Shown in pieces: positions 9,797 through 18,731 of a stretch of 64,000 bases of DNA. Every line of letters begins with the position of its first letter. Position 1 is the first letter of the stretch. The translations under genes and the position numbers were made by a program. The stretch comes from an uncultured Pseudomonadales bacterium (GTDB lineage: Bacteria > Pseudomonadota > Gammaproteobacteria > Pseudomonadales > Porticoccaceae), in assembly GCA_963925995.1 (NCBI GenBank), contig CAWUVN010000031.1, positions 8,683 to 72,682 on the forward strand. Direction: 5' to 3'. The notes under the pieces were generated by a model. The model saw only the letters and a list, made by a program, of their open reading frames with translations, was not told the DNA's origin and did no database searches.

Positions 9797-10497
9797 ATGA
9801 TTTTCAGCAGTTGAGTTTGGGTATCAAGTTAGATAACCAGGCTACCTTCGATAATTTTTATGCCCCCAATGGAACGCCGCAGCATCTGGCTAAGATGTTG
9901 TTGCAGGATGAGGGCAAGCAATACGCTTATATATGTGGTTCTTCAGGCACGGGTCTGTCGCATTTATTACAGGCGCTCTGTCAAACCCATTCACTGCGTC
10001 CCGCGAGTGGAGCGGCTATTTATCTGCCGTTAAAAGAGTTGTGTGATTATCCGGCGGAGCAGGTTCTGCAGGGTTTGGAGTCTTCGGATATTGTCTGTCT
10101 CGACGATTTTGAAGAGGTGGCTGGGCGTGAGGAATGGCAGGAGCCGTTATTTAATTTCTTTAATTTCTGCAATGAGTCTGGCACGCGTTTAATTATTGCC
10201 GCTCATACCTTGCCGGATTTATTAGAGGTGGTGTTAGAGGATTTACTGTCGCGCTTAAAGTCGGGAATTTCTCTGCAGTTGGTGGATTACAAAGACGCTG
10301 ATCTTCGTCGCCTATTGCAGCACCGAGCCAGTGGCCTGGGTCTTTATCTCTCTGATGATGTGGCGCTGTTTCTATTGCATAGATTGCCGCGCAATACACA
10401 TGTGCTGATGGAGTCCCTAGAGAAACTAGATGCTGTTTCTCTGCGTGAGCAGCGCCGATTGACGCTGCCGTTTGTTAAGGGTGTTTTGGAGCTTTAG
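9793..10497 (+). CDS. hda: DnaA regulatory inactivator Hda
   Basis: Hda-like sequence (QLSLGIKLDNQATFDNFY ... CGSSGTGLSHLLQA). A GTG at 9793 overlaps the upstream stop (GTGA). The ORF-track start at 9781 is a TTG. Confidence 0.85.
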   Translation: MNDFQQLSLGIKLDNQATFDNFYAPNGTPQHLAKMLLQDEGKQYAYICGSSGTGLSHLLQALCQTHSLRPASGAAIYLPLKELCDYPAEQVLQGLESSDIVCLDDFEEVAGREEWQEPLFNFFNFCNESGTRLIIAAHTLPDLLEVVLEDLLSRLKSGISLQLVDYKDADLRRLLQHRASGLGLYLSDDVALFLLHRLPRNTHVLMESLEKLDAVSLREQRRLTLPFVKGVLEL

Positions 10498-10505
10498 TTT
10501 ATTTC

Positions 10506-10588
10506 GTCATACTAGCGTAGGCTAGTATCTAGTGATCTGTAGAGATGTCCCAGCCTTCGCTGGGATGACGTTCTTTCGCCAGTATGAC
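10506..10588. repeat. three GTCAT-family palindromic units
   Basis: gtcatACTAGCgtagGCTAGTatc (10506-10529), an inverted gtcCCAGCcttcGCTGGgatgac (10547-10569), and a half unit agtatgac (10581-10588). They lie between convergent hda and sppA. Confidence 0.85.
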
Positions 10589-10591
10589 GAG

Positions 10592-12439
10592 TTAATCCGG
10601 ACAGTCGTCGCAATACAGATAGATACCGCTGGGATCAGTTAAGGTATCCAAAATCTCCAGTGGTTTAAGCACCTTCACAACCTGATTCTGCAAGCTCTCT
10701 GGCAACCAGCTGGTTACACTCATAGCGGTTACAGCCGCGCTGATATTGCCATTAATCTCCATCATCACCTGTTCGATAAAGCTCAACTTTTTACGTCGAT
10801 AGTCGACTTTATAGTTGCTGATTCCTGCCAGTGTTGCGGCACTTTTAATCGCATCGTTAAGGTCGCCGAGCTCATCGACCAGGCCTAACTGCAGAGCTTT
10901 CTCACCAGTCCAAACCCGACCCTGGGCAATTTTATGAATATCGCTAGGGGTTGAGTTTCGCGCATTGGCGACCAGCTTCAAGAAACGTGTGTAAACGTTC
11001 TCCACCCCGGATTGCATAATCATCCCAGCTTCTGGGCTCATCGGTTGATCGAGTTGAAGCATTCCGGAAATATTGGTGGTACCCACCCCGTCGGAGTGAA
11101 TGCCCAGGGCCTTTAAGGAGTCTTCAAAGGTTGGAATTACACCATACACACCAATCGATCCGGTGATGGTGGTCGACATGGCGAGCACAAGATCAGACTC
11201 AGTGGCGATCCAGTAGCCACCGGAAGCGGCATAGCTGCCCATGGAGACAACCACCGGAATATTGTTTTTGCGGGTGGCGGCGATGGCATCGCGGATAACG
11301 TCCGAGGCAAAGGCGCTGCCGCCTGGGCTGTCGACTCGCAGCACTACGGCTTTAACCTGATCGTCATCGCGTATCTCGCTAAAGATATTGGCGATGGTGT
11401 CACCGCCCACGGTGCCCTCGGGTTGGTTGCCATCAATAATGGTGCCGCTGGCAACAACCAGTGCTATTTTGGGTTTGGTTTTATCGACCGCTTTCAGTTT
11501 GCTGAGCTTGATATGGTTGAGATAGGCGGGCATTGAAATGCTGGCGAAGTCACCGTTGGAGGTTGGCAGTATCTGCTCTAAGTAGTTTTGGGTTTCACTT
11601 CTTGTCGCTACCCGATCAACTAATCCCTGATCCAGTGCCAGCGCTGAAATATCGCCATTGGCTGCGGCTAATCTGCTGTGCATATTGTTGACTAGATCGT
11701 CGATAGCGCCTGTCGGAAGGCCACGCAGGTGCTCGACCTGAGAGGTGTAGTACTTCCAAAGTGAATCGAGAAGTTCAGAGCGATCGGCACGTGCTTCGTC
11801 GGACATGCTATTGGCTATATAAGGCTCAACTGCACTTTTATATTTGCCAACTCTAAAGATATGCATATTGACCTTTAGCTTATCCAGCGCCTCTTTATAG
11901 TAGCTGTTATAGGAGCCAAAGCCGGTGAGCATAATTCTGCCCATCGGGTTAATGATAATTTCGTCGGCATGGGCTGCGAGAAAATACTGCTGCTGCGAGA
12001 AATTGTCACCAATCGAAATAATAGGTTTGCCGCTTTTCTTAAAGCGTTCTAGAGCGCTGCTGATCTCTTCAAGTTTGGCGATGCCGCCACCAGCTAGATA
12101 GTTGGTGTCGAGCAGAATATGGGTGATACGCTCGTCGTACTGGGCATGGTCGAGGACATCGACTATATCTCTAACCAGCGTTTCCGCATCTCGTTGATCG
12201 GCTTGTGAGAGTGCCTGAGTAAAGGGATCAATATAAGAACGTTGGTCGACCAGAATACCGCTAGGTGCTAAATACAGCGCGCCTTTATCCGGTATTGGCT
12301 GAATATCACCGGCAAACAGTCCGCCAATAATGATAATAAACAGCACCAGAAACGCGAGACTGATCAGATGGCGAATAACGTTGACGATTTTGCCGACAAA
12401 CCTGAAAACCCTTCGTATAAAGCCTACTTTCTCACTCAT
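10592..12439 (-). CDS. sppA: signal peptide peptidase SppA, 67K type
   Basis: 615 aa with an N-terminal TM segment and two ClpP-like halves (GGSAFASD, SMGSYAASGGYW). Confidence 0.9.
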   Translation of the reverse strand: MSEKVGFIRRVFRFVGKIVNVIRHLISLAFLVLFIIIIGGLFAGDIQPIPDKGALYLAPSGILVDQRSYIDPFTQALSQADQRDAETLVRDIVDVLDHAQYDERITHILLDTNYLAGGGIAKLEEISSALERFKKSGKPIISIGDNFSQQQYFLAAHADEIIINPMGRIMLTGFGSYNSYYKEALDKLKVNMHIFRVGKYKSAVEPYIANSMSDEARADRSELLDSLWKYYTSQVEHLRGLPTGAIDDLVNNMHSRLAAANGDISALALDQGLVDRVATRSETQNYLEQILPTSNGDFASISMPAYLNHIKLSKLKAVDKTKPKIALVVASGTIIDGNQPEGTVGGDTIANIFSEIRDDDQVKAVVLRVDSPGGSAFASDVIRDAIAATRKNNIPVVVSMGSYAASGGYWIATESDLVLAMSTTITGSIGVYGVIPTFEDSLKALGIHSDGVGTTNISGMLQLDQPMSPEAGMIMQSGVENVYTRFLKLVANARNSTPSDIHKIAQGRVWTGEKALQLGLVDELGDLNDAIKSAATLAGISNYKVDYRRKKLSFIEQVMMEINGNISAAVTAMSVTSWLPESLQNQVVKVLKPLEILDTLTDPSGIYLYCDDCPD

Positions 12440-12487
12440 TTGGATTCCTTTTCGATTGTTACTACTTTGGTCTTTACCAGTTAGTAG

Positions 12488-12832
12488 TTATAGATTATTT
12501 GTCTGCCTGATGCGTGCATAAAACATTGAAGCACTAAAGAGTACAGTGGTTAAAACCAGTTCAGCTATATCCAGAGCCAGAGGTTCGTGAACACTCAGCT
12601 TGTAGACCACAATGACAAAATACATCAGTAGTGCAAAGCCCATCCAGATGAGGTTGCGGACGGTATCGGCAATCATTCCTGGAAGAAAAATAAGCAGCGG
12701 TATCAGAAAGAAAAGAAAAGCCGCCCAGGGTGCATTTTCCGTCCACAAATTAACCGCAATGGTCAGTATTAACAGTGCATAACTGCCGCGGGTTAGAAAT
12801 CTGCTGATCGAGAGTTTAAGTTCAGTGGTCAA
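12488..12832 (-). CDS. DUF2069-family membrane protein
   Basis: Small 4-TM protein downstream of wrbA/arsC, as in Pseudomonas. Confidence 0.6.
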   Translation of the reverse strand: MTTELKLSISRFLTRGSYALLILTIAVNLWTENAPWAAFLFFLIPLLIFLPGMIADTVRNLIWMGFALLMYFVIVVYKLSVHEPLALDIAELVLTTVLFSASMFYARIRQTNNL

Positions 12833-12849
12833 GTTAATCTGCCTTAGGG

Positions 12850-13796
<947 letters not shown>

Positions 13797-13885
13797 CGTC
13801 TATCCTTTATCCCTATAGCTTTATAAATGATTAAGAAGACTATTGTACGAGCAAATGGTTTTAAACAGAATGGGAGTTTTTCTCG

Positions 13886-15196
13886 ATGACCAATGGGTTG
13901 CAAGCTGGTCTGCAAAATATATCTGATCATATGGTTCGCGGTGGGCATTTTCTGCACTATCTGGTGCAGCGCTTTAACCGTGATGGCTGTCGCCAAAGTG
14001 CCGCGGCTCTGACTTATATGAGTCTGTTTGCGGTAGTGCCGATGCTGACGCTGATGTACAGCATGTTTTCACTGGTGCCGGCCTTTAATGAGGTTGGTTC
14101 GCAGGTCGAGGCTTTTATCTTTTCCAAATTTTTGCCCAGCAGTGGTCAGGAGATAAGTCAGTATTTAACGGAGTTTTCATCTCAGGCGCGCAAACTGAGC
14201 GCTGCTGGTGTGGTTATTTTGATGGTCACTTCATTTTTGATGTTGGCCAATATTGAGAAGACCTTTAATCATATCTGGGCTACTACCGGCGGTCGCAAGG
14301 GGCTGGCGGGGTTTTTGGTCTACTGGGCGATTCTCAGTCTTGGGCCGCTGTTGTTGGCGGCGGGCATGATGATGAAAACCTATCTGGTGTCGTTTCAATT
14401 GATTGTCGATGAGGTCGATAGTCTTGGCGTATCAGCTATTCTTTTTTCCTATTTACCCTGGTTGCTGACCTGGCTGGCTTTTACCCTTCTTTATATAGCG
14501 GTTCCCAACTGTAAGGTTCGAACATCCTATGCGATCTTTGGTGGGTTGGTTACCACGGCGCTGTTTGAAACAGCCAAGACTTTATTTGGTTTGCTGGTGG
14601 CCCATTCCAGTTATACCAGCGTATATGGTGCATTCGCGGTAATTCCGTTATTTTTATTATGGATTTATCTGCTCTGGGTTTTGATTTTGGTGGGTGCCGA
14701 GTTGGTGCGCAGTCTGGAGACATTCCGCTATCAGGGACGCGGCAGTGCCATGCCGGATCTGCTCGCGGTGGTGATTATTTTATGGCAGTGCTGGCGCCGC
14801 CAACAGAAGGGTCAGACCCTATCCGATAGTGCTATGCATAGACTCGGGAGCGTGGTCGGTCTGGATGCGGAGCACTGGCGTAGGTTGCGAAATATGCTTT
14901 TAGAAAAGTGTGTTTTGGAGAAAACAGCCAAAGGCCAGTATGTGCTGATCCGAGATCCAAGTAATATTAGCCTAAATGATGTGGTCGGCTGGTTGGGAGG
15001 TAATTTCCTCAGTTCAACGGATGCGATGAGCGAAAAGCTGGCCGTCGGCCACCCTTGGTATGCAGAGTACAATAGGCTTATCGGCGATAATCGACAGGTC
15101 ATAGAACACAATATGTCAGTCGATTTACAAACGCTGTTTACGAGTGATAATAGTGCAAAATCGATCGGCGACAATACTAATGAAGAGAATGGTTAA
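13886..15196 (+). CDS. YihY/BrkB-family inner membrane protein
   Basis: ALTYMSLFAVVPML motif and multiple TM segments, plus a C-terminal extension. Confidence 0.8.
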   Translation: MTNGLQAGLQNISDHMVRGGHFLHYLVQRFNRDGCRQSAAALTYMSLFAVVPMLTLMYSMFSLVPAFNEVGSQVEAFIFSKFLPSSGQEISQYLTEFSSQARKLSAAGVVILMVTSFLMLANIEKTFNHIWATTGGRKGLAGFLVYWAILSLGPLLLAAGMMMKTYLVSFQLIVDEVDSLGVSAILFSYLPWLLTWLAFTLLYIAVPNCKVRTSYAIFGGLVTTALFETAKTLFGLLVAHSSYTSVYGAFAVIPLFLLWIYLLWVLILVGAELVRSLETFRYQGRGSAMPDLLAVVIILWQCWRRQQKGQTLSDSAMHRLGSVVGLDAEHWRRLRNMLLEKCVLEKTAKGQYVLIRDPSNISLNDVVGWLGGNFLSSTDAMSEKLAVGHPWYAEYNRLIGDNRQVIEHNMSVDLQTLFTSDNSAKSIGDNTNEENG

Positions 15197-15642
15197 TGAT
15201 TAAAAAAATTGTATTGCTCTGTCTGCTATTGGCAGGGTGCGGTGGGGATGCGACTGACTCTTCGGTAGGCTTAGTGGGTGGCGGTAGTCACAGTTTTAAA
15301 AACGATGAGGGCAAGCTGACGCTGATTAATTATTGGGCTATTTGGTGTGCGCCCTGTCGTGAGGAGATTCCTGAGCTAAATCACTTTGCTGAGGAGTATG
15401 CAGATCAGTTAACTATTGTCGCGGTTAATTTTGATAATGAGCAGGGTGAGAAGTTGCAGGCTCAGGTTGAAAAGCTGGGTATTGAGTTTTCATCTTTACA
15501 GTCTGATCCAAGAGCACTTTGGTCTCTAAAGCCGGTGTCGGTTCTTCCTGAAACACTGATTATAGATAGTGAGGGTGTTTTGCTTCATCGTCTTATCGGG
15601 CCGCAGACGCTTGAGTCTCTTAGTGTTTTAATTGCTGAATAG
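15196..15642 (+). CDS. TlpA/thioredoxin-like thiol:disulfide oxidoreductase lipoprotein
   Basis: LLAGCGG lipobox and a WCAPC active site. TAATG overlap with the upstream gene. Confidence 0.8.
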   Translation: MIKKIVLLCLLLAGCGGDATDSSVGLVGGGSHSFKNDEGKLTLINYWAIWCAPCREEIPELNHFAEEYADQLTIVAVNFDNEQGEKLQAQVEKLGIEFSSLQSDPRALWSLKPVSVLPETLIIDSEGVLLHRLIGPQTLESLSVLIAE

Positions 15643-15652
15643 CCACCTATTT

Positions 15653-15734
15653 GTCATCTCGGGTTTTTATTTTTTCTGTCATCTCGGCTTTTTATTTTTC
15701 CTGTCATCTCGACAGAGCGTAGCGACGAGAGACC
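15653..15734 (+). repeat. three GTCATCTCG-headed units at exact 25-nt spacing (two truncated, one full palindromic unit)
   Basis: gtcatctcg starts at 15653, 15678 and 15703. The third continues as gtcaTCTCGacagagcgtagcgaCGAGAgacc. Confidence 0.85.
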
Positions 15735-15767
15735 TCTATCCACGTACTTCCCATTTTGTTCGAGCGA

Positions 15768-15925
15768 AATAGCCTCTGCCTCCATTCTTGAGATCGGTCC
15801 CATGGGTTTGTAATTTCCAGCGTTCGCACAACTCGCTGGCGCTCAAACAAGTGCTCTCTTAACCTGAAAATTCCAAACCCATAAGCGGGCCCTGACTGAT
15901 CTCAAGGGTGGAGGCAGAGACTATT
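15768..15925 (+). repeat. long imperfect hairpin element, copy A (candidate structured RNA or structured DNA repeat)
   Basis: The 28-nt outer arms (15768-15795 and 15898-15925) and the ~19-nt inner arms (15801-15820 and 15864-15882) are complementary. It is homologous to 58747-58903. Confidence 0.8.
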
Positions 15926-16045
15926 TGAAATTCCGCAGAAGAGTCCATTTAAAAAAATGGGTATTTAATAAAAGAATCCGAAATAGAATTACAACTCGAT
16001 CTTGAGGCTTGCCTTCACCCTGAGCTAAAGGCTCTCTCTAGGCTG

Positions 16046-16876
16046 TCAGGACAAACACCGTGCCGATTCCCAAGCATGCATAGCGTGCTTTCGGGTTGTC
16101 CCCCAGAGATAGCCACCAATATTGCCACTCTGCTGCAACACCCGATGACAGGGAATAAAGAACGCCACTGGATTTGAGCCAATCGCAGTGCCAGCCGCCC
16201 GAGCCGCCTTGGGTCTGCCCACCGCCTCGGCAACCTGGCTGTAACTGGTTAGTGTGCCCTCAGGTATCTGCAGCAGAGCGCGCCAGATATTGATTTGAAA
16301 ATTAGTGCCCGAAACATGCAGTGAAAGTGGGCGATCAGGTTTCTGATCGACAAAGAGAGATTCAACAATTTTTAGCCTATCCGAATCTCGATTACACAGA
16401 ATTGCTTTCGGCCAACGCCTTTGTAGATCTTCAATATGCAGCTCTACTTTATCCCCATCAATAAATGAGAGTTTGCAAATTCCCCGCGCCGTAGCCGCAA
16501 CGAATATATCCCCAAAAGGACTGTTGTAAATATCGTAGTCGATGGTTAAACCTGCACCGCCAGTTTTAAATTCACCGGGGGTGACTGCTTCCAGTTGCAC
16601 AAAATGATCATGCAGGCGTGAGGTGCCACTTAAACCAACCTGATCGGCCACTGCCAGCAGTGGTTGAGCCTCGGCTAGTAACCGTTGGGCATGCTCGACA
16701 GTCAGAATTTGCAGATATTTTTTCGGTGTCACACCAACCCAGCGACTAAACAGACGCTGAAAGTGAAAGGGACTTAGATTGAGCTGTGCAGCAATCGCTT
16801 CAAGGGAGGGCTGTTGGTCTGCGTTGGCATTAATAAATTCTATTGCCTCAGCTATGCGTTGATAGTCTGAATTCAT
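16046..16876 (-). CDS. AraC-type HTH domain fused to methylated-DNA--protein-cysteine methyltransferase (Ada/Ogt-like)
   Basis: N-terminal AraC HTH (LSPFHFQRLFSRWVGVTPKKYLQ) and a C-terminal MGMT active site IPCHRV. Confidence 0.85.
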   Translation of the reverse strand: MNSDYQRIAEAIEFINANADQQPSLEAIAAQLNLSPFHFQRLFSRWVGVTPKKYLQILTVEHAQRLLAEAQPLLAVADQVGLSGTSRLHDHFVQLEAVTPGEFKTGGAGLTIDYDIYNSPFGDIFVAATARGICKLSFIDGDKVELHIEDLQRRWPKAILCNRDSDRLKIVESLFVDQKPDRPLSLHVSGTNFQINIWRALLQIPEGTLTSYSQVAEAVGRPKAARAAGTAIGSNPVAFFIPCHRVLQQSGNIGGYLWGTTRKHAMHAWESARCLS

Positions 16877-16904
16877 AAAAACAGTATTGCCGACTGTGGG
16901 TTAT

Positions 16905-18206
16905 TTATCGACCCGAATCTTGCGCTTTGTTAGCGGAAAGGTAATACAGCAGGGCACCAACAGCGATCATCCCAATACCAATCCAGCCCTCCATGGGTCG
17001 CGAAATCAACACATAGATTAAAGTCCACAGCGTCACACCGAGATAGATCAGCGGCGCAAAAGGATAGGCAAAGGTTTTGTACGCCCCGGCAATATTCATC
17101 TTGCGCCAGCGCAGCACAAAGACACCGAGCACCGAGAAAAGAGTATTTACTCCAAGCACAAAGCTGGAGAAGATCAGCACTGATTCAAAGGTCGCGCTAA
17201 GAATAAATAATATGGCTAACAGTCCCTGAAAAATAATCGCCGTCATAGGCACGCCATGTTTGTTGTTGCGTGCCAGGGCAGCAAATAACTTAAAGTCTTC
17301 ACCAATAACCTGCAGCACTCTGGGGCCAGCCATAGTCATGGCGCTAACCGTTGAGATTAGTAATAGGGCGAGCATGGCACCCATGGCGCGACCGGCATTT
17401 TCACCCAGCGCATGGTTGGCGACGATGACACCTATTTCCAATTTTCCTTCAAGGATGGACGTTGGCGCTGCACTTAAAAAGGTAAAGTTAAGTAATAGAT
17501 AGAGCAGCATGACTATCCCGGTGCCGACAAACAGCACGATGGGAAGATTGCGCTGGGGATTATCGAGTTCGCTGGTGACATAGGTGGCGGCATTCCAACC
17601 GGTGTAGGCGTAGTTTACGTAGATCAGTGATATCGCAAAGGCGCCGCTTAATAACAGTTTTTCGTCGCCCGCCTGAGGCATTAGGTCGATGGACTGTGGA
17701 GTGCCACCCCAGATAAATATAACGGCGCAAAAGATCAAGATTAACAGTATTTTCAAACCGGTAAAGGCTTGCTGAACGCTGCTGCTAGTCTGTCGGGACA
17801 GGCAGTGTATGGCGGTTAACAGAATCACTAGGGAGACCGCTGACCAGCTCGGCAATATGTTCGGGAACACGGCGGACAGGTAGGCGCCAAAGGTCATGGC
17901 GGCCAGTGCCACTGGTGCGGCAAAGCCGACGGTGGCTGAGACCCATCCGGAGATAAATCCGGCGCAGGGATGGTAGAGTCGCGAGAGGAAATTATATTCA
18001 CCGCCGGAGCGGGGCAGATTGGCACCCAGTTCGGCGTAGGTCAGTGCGCCGCAGAGTGCAGTTAGGCCGCCGATAAACCACAGCATCATCAGTACAAAAA
18101 AGGATTGGATACCCAGCAGCTGAAAGCCGAGGCTGGTAAATACACCGGTACCCACCATGTTGGCGACGACAACCGAGATGCCGGTAGCTTTAGAGAATTT
18201 TTGCAT
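16905..18206 (-). CDS. APC-superfamily amino acid permease
   Basis: 433 aa with ~12 TM segments and an APC-type N-terminal motif (VVANMVGTGVFTSLG). Confidence 0.8.
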   Translation of the reverse strand: MQKFSKATGISVVVANMVGTGVFTSLGFQLLGIQSFFVLMMLWFIGGLTALCGALTYAELGANLPRSGGEYNFLSRLYHPCAGFISGWVSATVGFAAPVALAAMTFGAYLSAVFPNILPSWSAVSLVILLTAIHCLSRQTSSSVQQAFTGLKILLILIFCAVIFIWGGTPQSIDLMPQAGDEKLLLSGAFAISLIYVNYAYTGWNAATYVTSELDNPQRNLPIVLFVGTGIVMLLYLLLNFTFLSAAPTSILEGKLEIGVIVANHALGENAGRAMGAMLALLLISTVSAMTMAGPRVLQVIGEDFKLFAALARNNKHGVPMTAIIFQGLLAILFILSATFESVLIFSSFVLGVNTLFSVLGVFVLRWRKMNIAGAYKTFAYPFAPLIYLGVTLWTLIYVLISRPMEGWIGIGMIAVGALLYYLSANKAQDSGR

Positions 18207-18337
18207 AGAGGCTTCGCTAGACTTTTTAGCACTTTACAGCAGTCGCTGGGTCGGTGCAGTAAATACCCAGATTGGGACAAATGGGTTAGACTCGAGCTCA
18301 GATAAGAAAAATAATAAAGATAGTGAGGAATAGCGGT

Positions 18338-18727
18338 ATGGATAAAGGCATACGTATTGGAGTGGTGCTTATGGGGCTGATTGCCCTGTTGGGTGGCCTT
18401 GGGTTTATATTTGCGCCGACTCAGATGGAGGCGGATTTTTCTATAGTTGCCAGTCGTGTTGATGGGCTTGGAACCATTCGCGGTGATCTGGGCGGTATGT
18501 TTTTGATGGTGGCCGGCTTTATGTTGTATGGCTCGCGCCCAGGTAATAGTGCGTGGTTGATAGTGCCTGTGGTTTTATTGGTCACTGTACTTTTTGGTCG
18601 CACGATTCATATTTTGATTGACGGTATTTCTCAGCCGGCAATTCGCTCTACTTTAATAGAGATATTCGCGCTGTGCTTTCTTGAGTTTGCCCGTCGAAAA
18701 TTACCTGCCAGTGGTCACCAGGTCTAA
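18338..18727 (+). CDS. small 4-TM membrane protein (possibly DUF4345-like)
   Basis: Hydrophobic profile. The ATG at 18338 is preceded by GAGGA. Its stop is 4 nt before the DUF3604 gene start. Confidence 0.55.
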   Translation: MDKGIRIGVVLMGLIALLGGLGFIFAPTQMEADFSIVASRVDGLGTIRGDLGGMFLMVAGFMLYGSRPGNSAWLIVPVVLLVTVLFGRTIHILIDGISQPAIRSTLIEIFALCFLEFARRKLPASGHQV

Positions 18728-18731
18728 ATAA

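Noticed and set aside
15653-15734. Possible miniature CRISPR-like array (a 9-nt head repeated at exact 25-nt spacing)
   Set aside because: There are only three repeats and they are far shorter than CRISPR repeats. The 'spacers' are near-identical T-rich sequences, and there are no cas genes in the window. It is a degenerate tandem array of the GTCAT repeat family.
15768-15925. Integron attC site, retron msr/msd or ordinary MITE as an explanation for the long hairpin
   Set aside because: There are no GTTRRRY/RYYYAAC core sites at the ends, and no integrase or reverse transcriptase nearby. No target-site duplication is visible. The terminal arms differ in sequence between copies, which is atypical for transposase-recognised TIRs. 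A MITE-like origin cannot be fully excluded without a genome-wide census.
16015-16233. 72-aa minus-strand ORF overlapping the 3' end of the Ada-like gene
   Set aside because: It is an out-of-frame overlap with a gene that carries a clear PCHRV domain in the same region. It is Arg/Leu-rich and spurious-looking.
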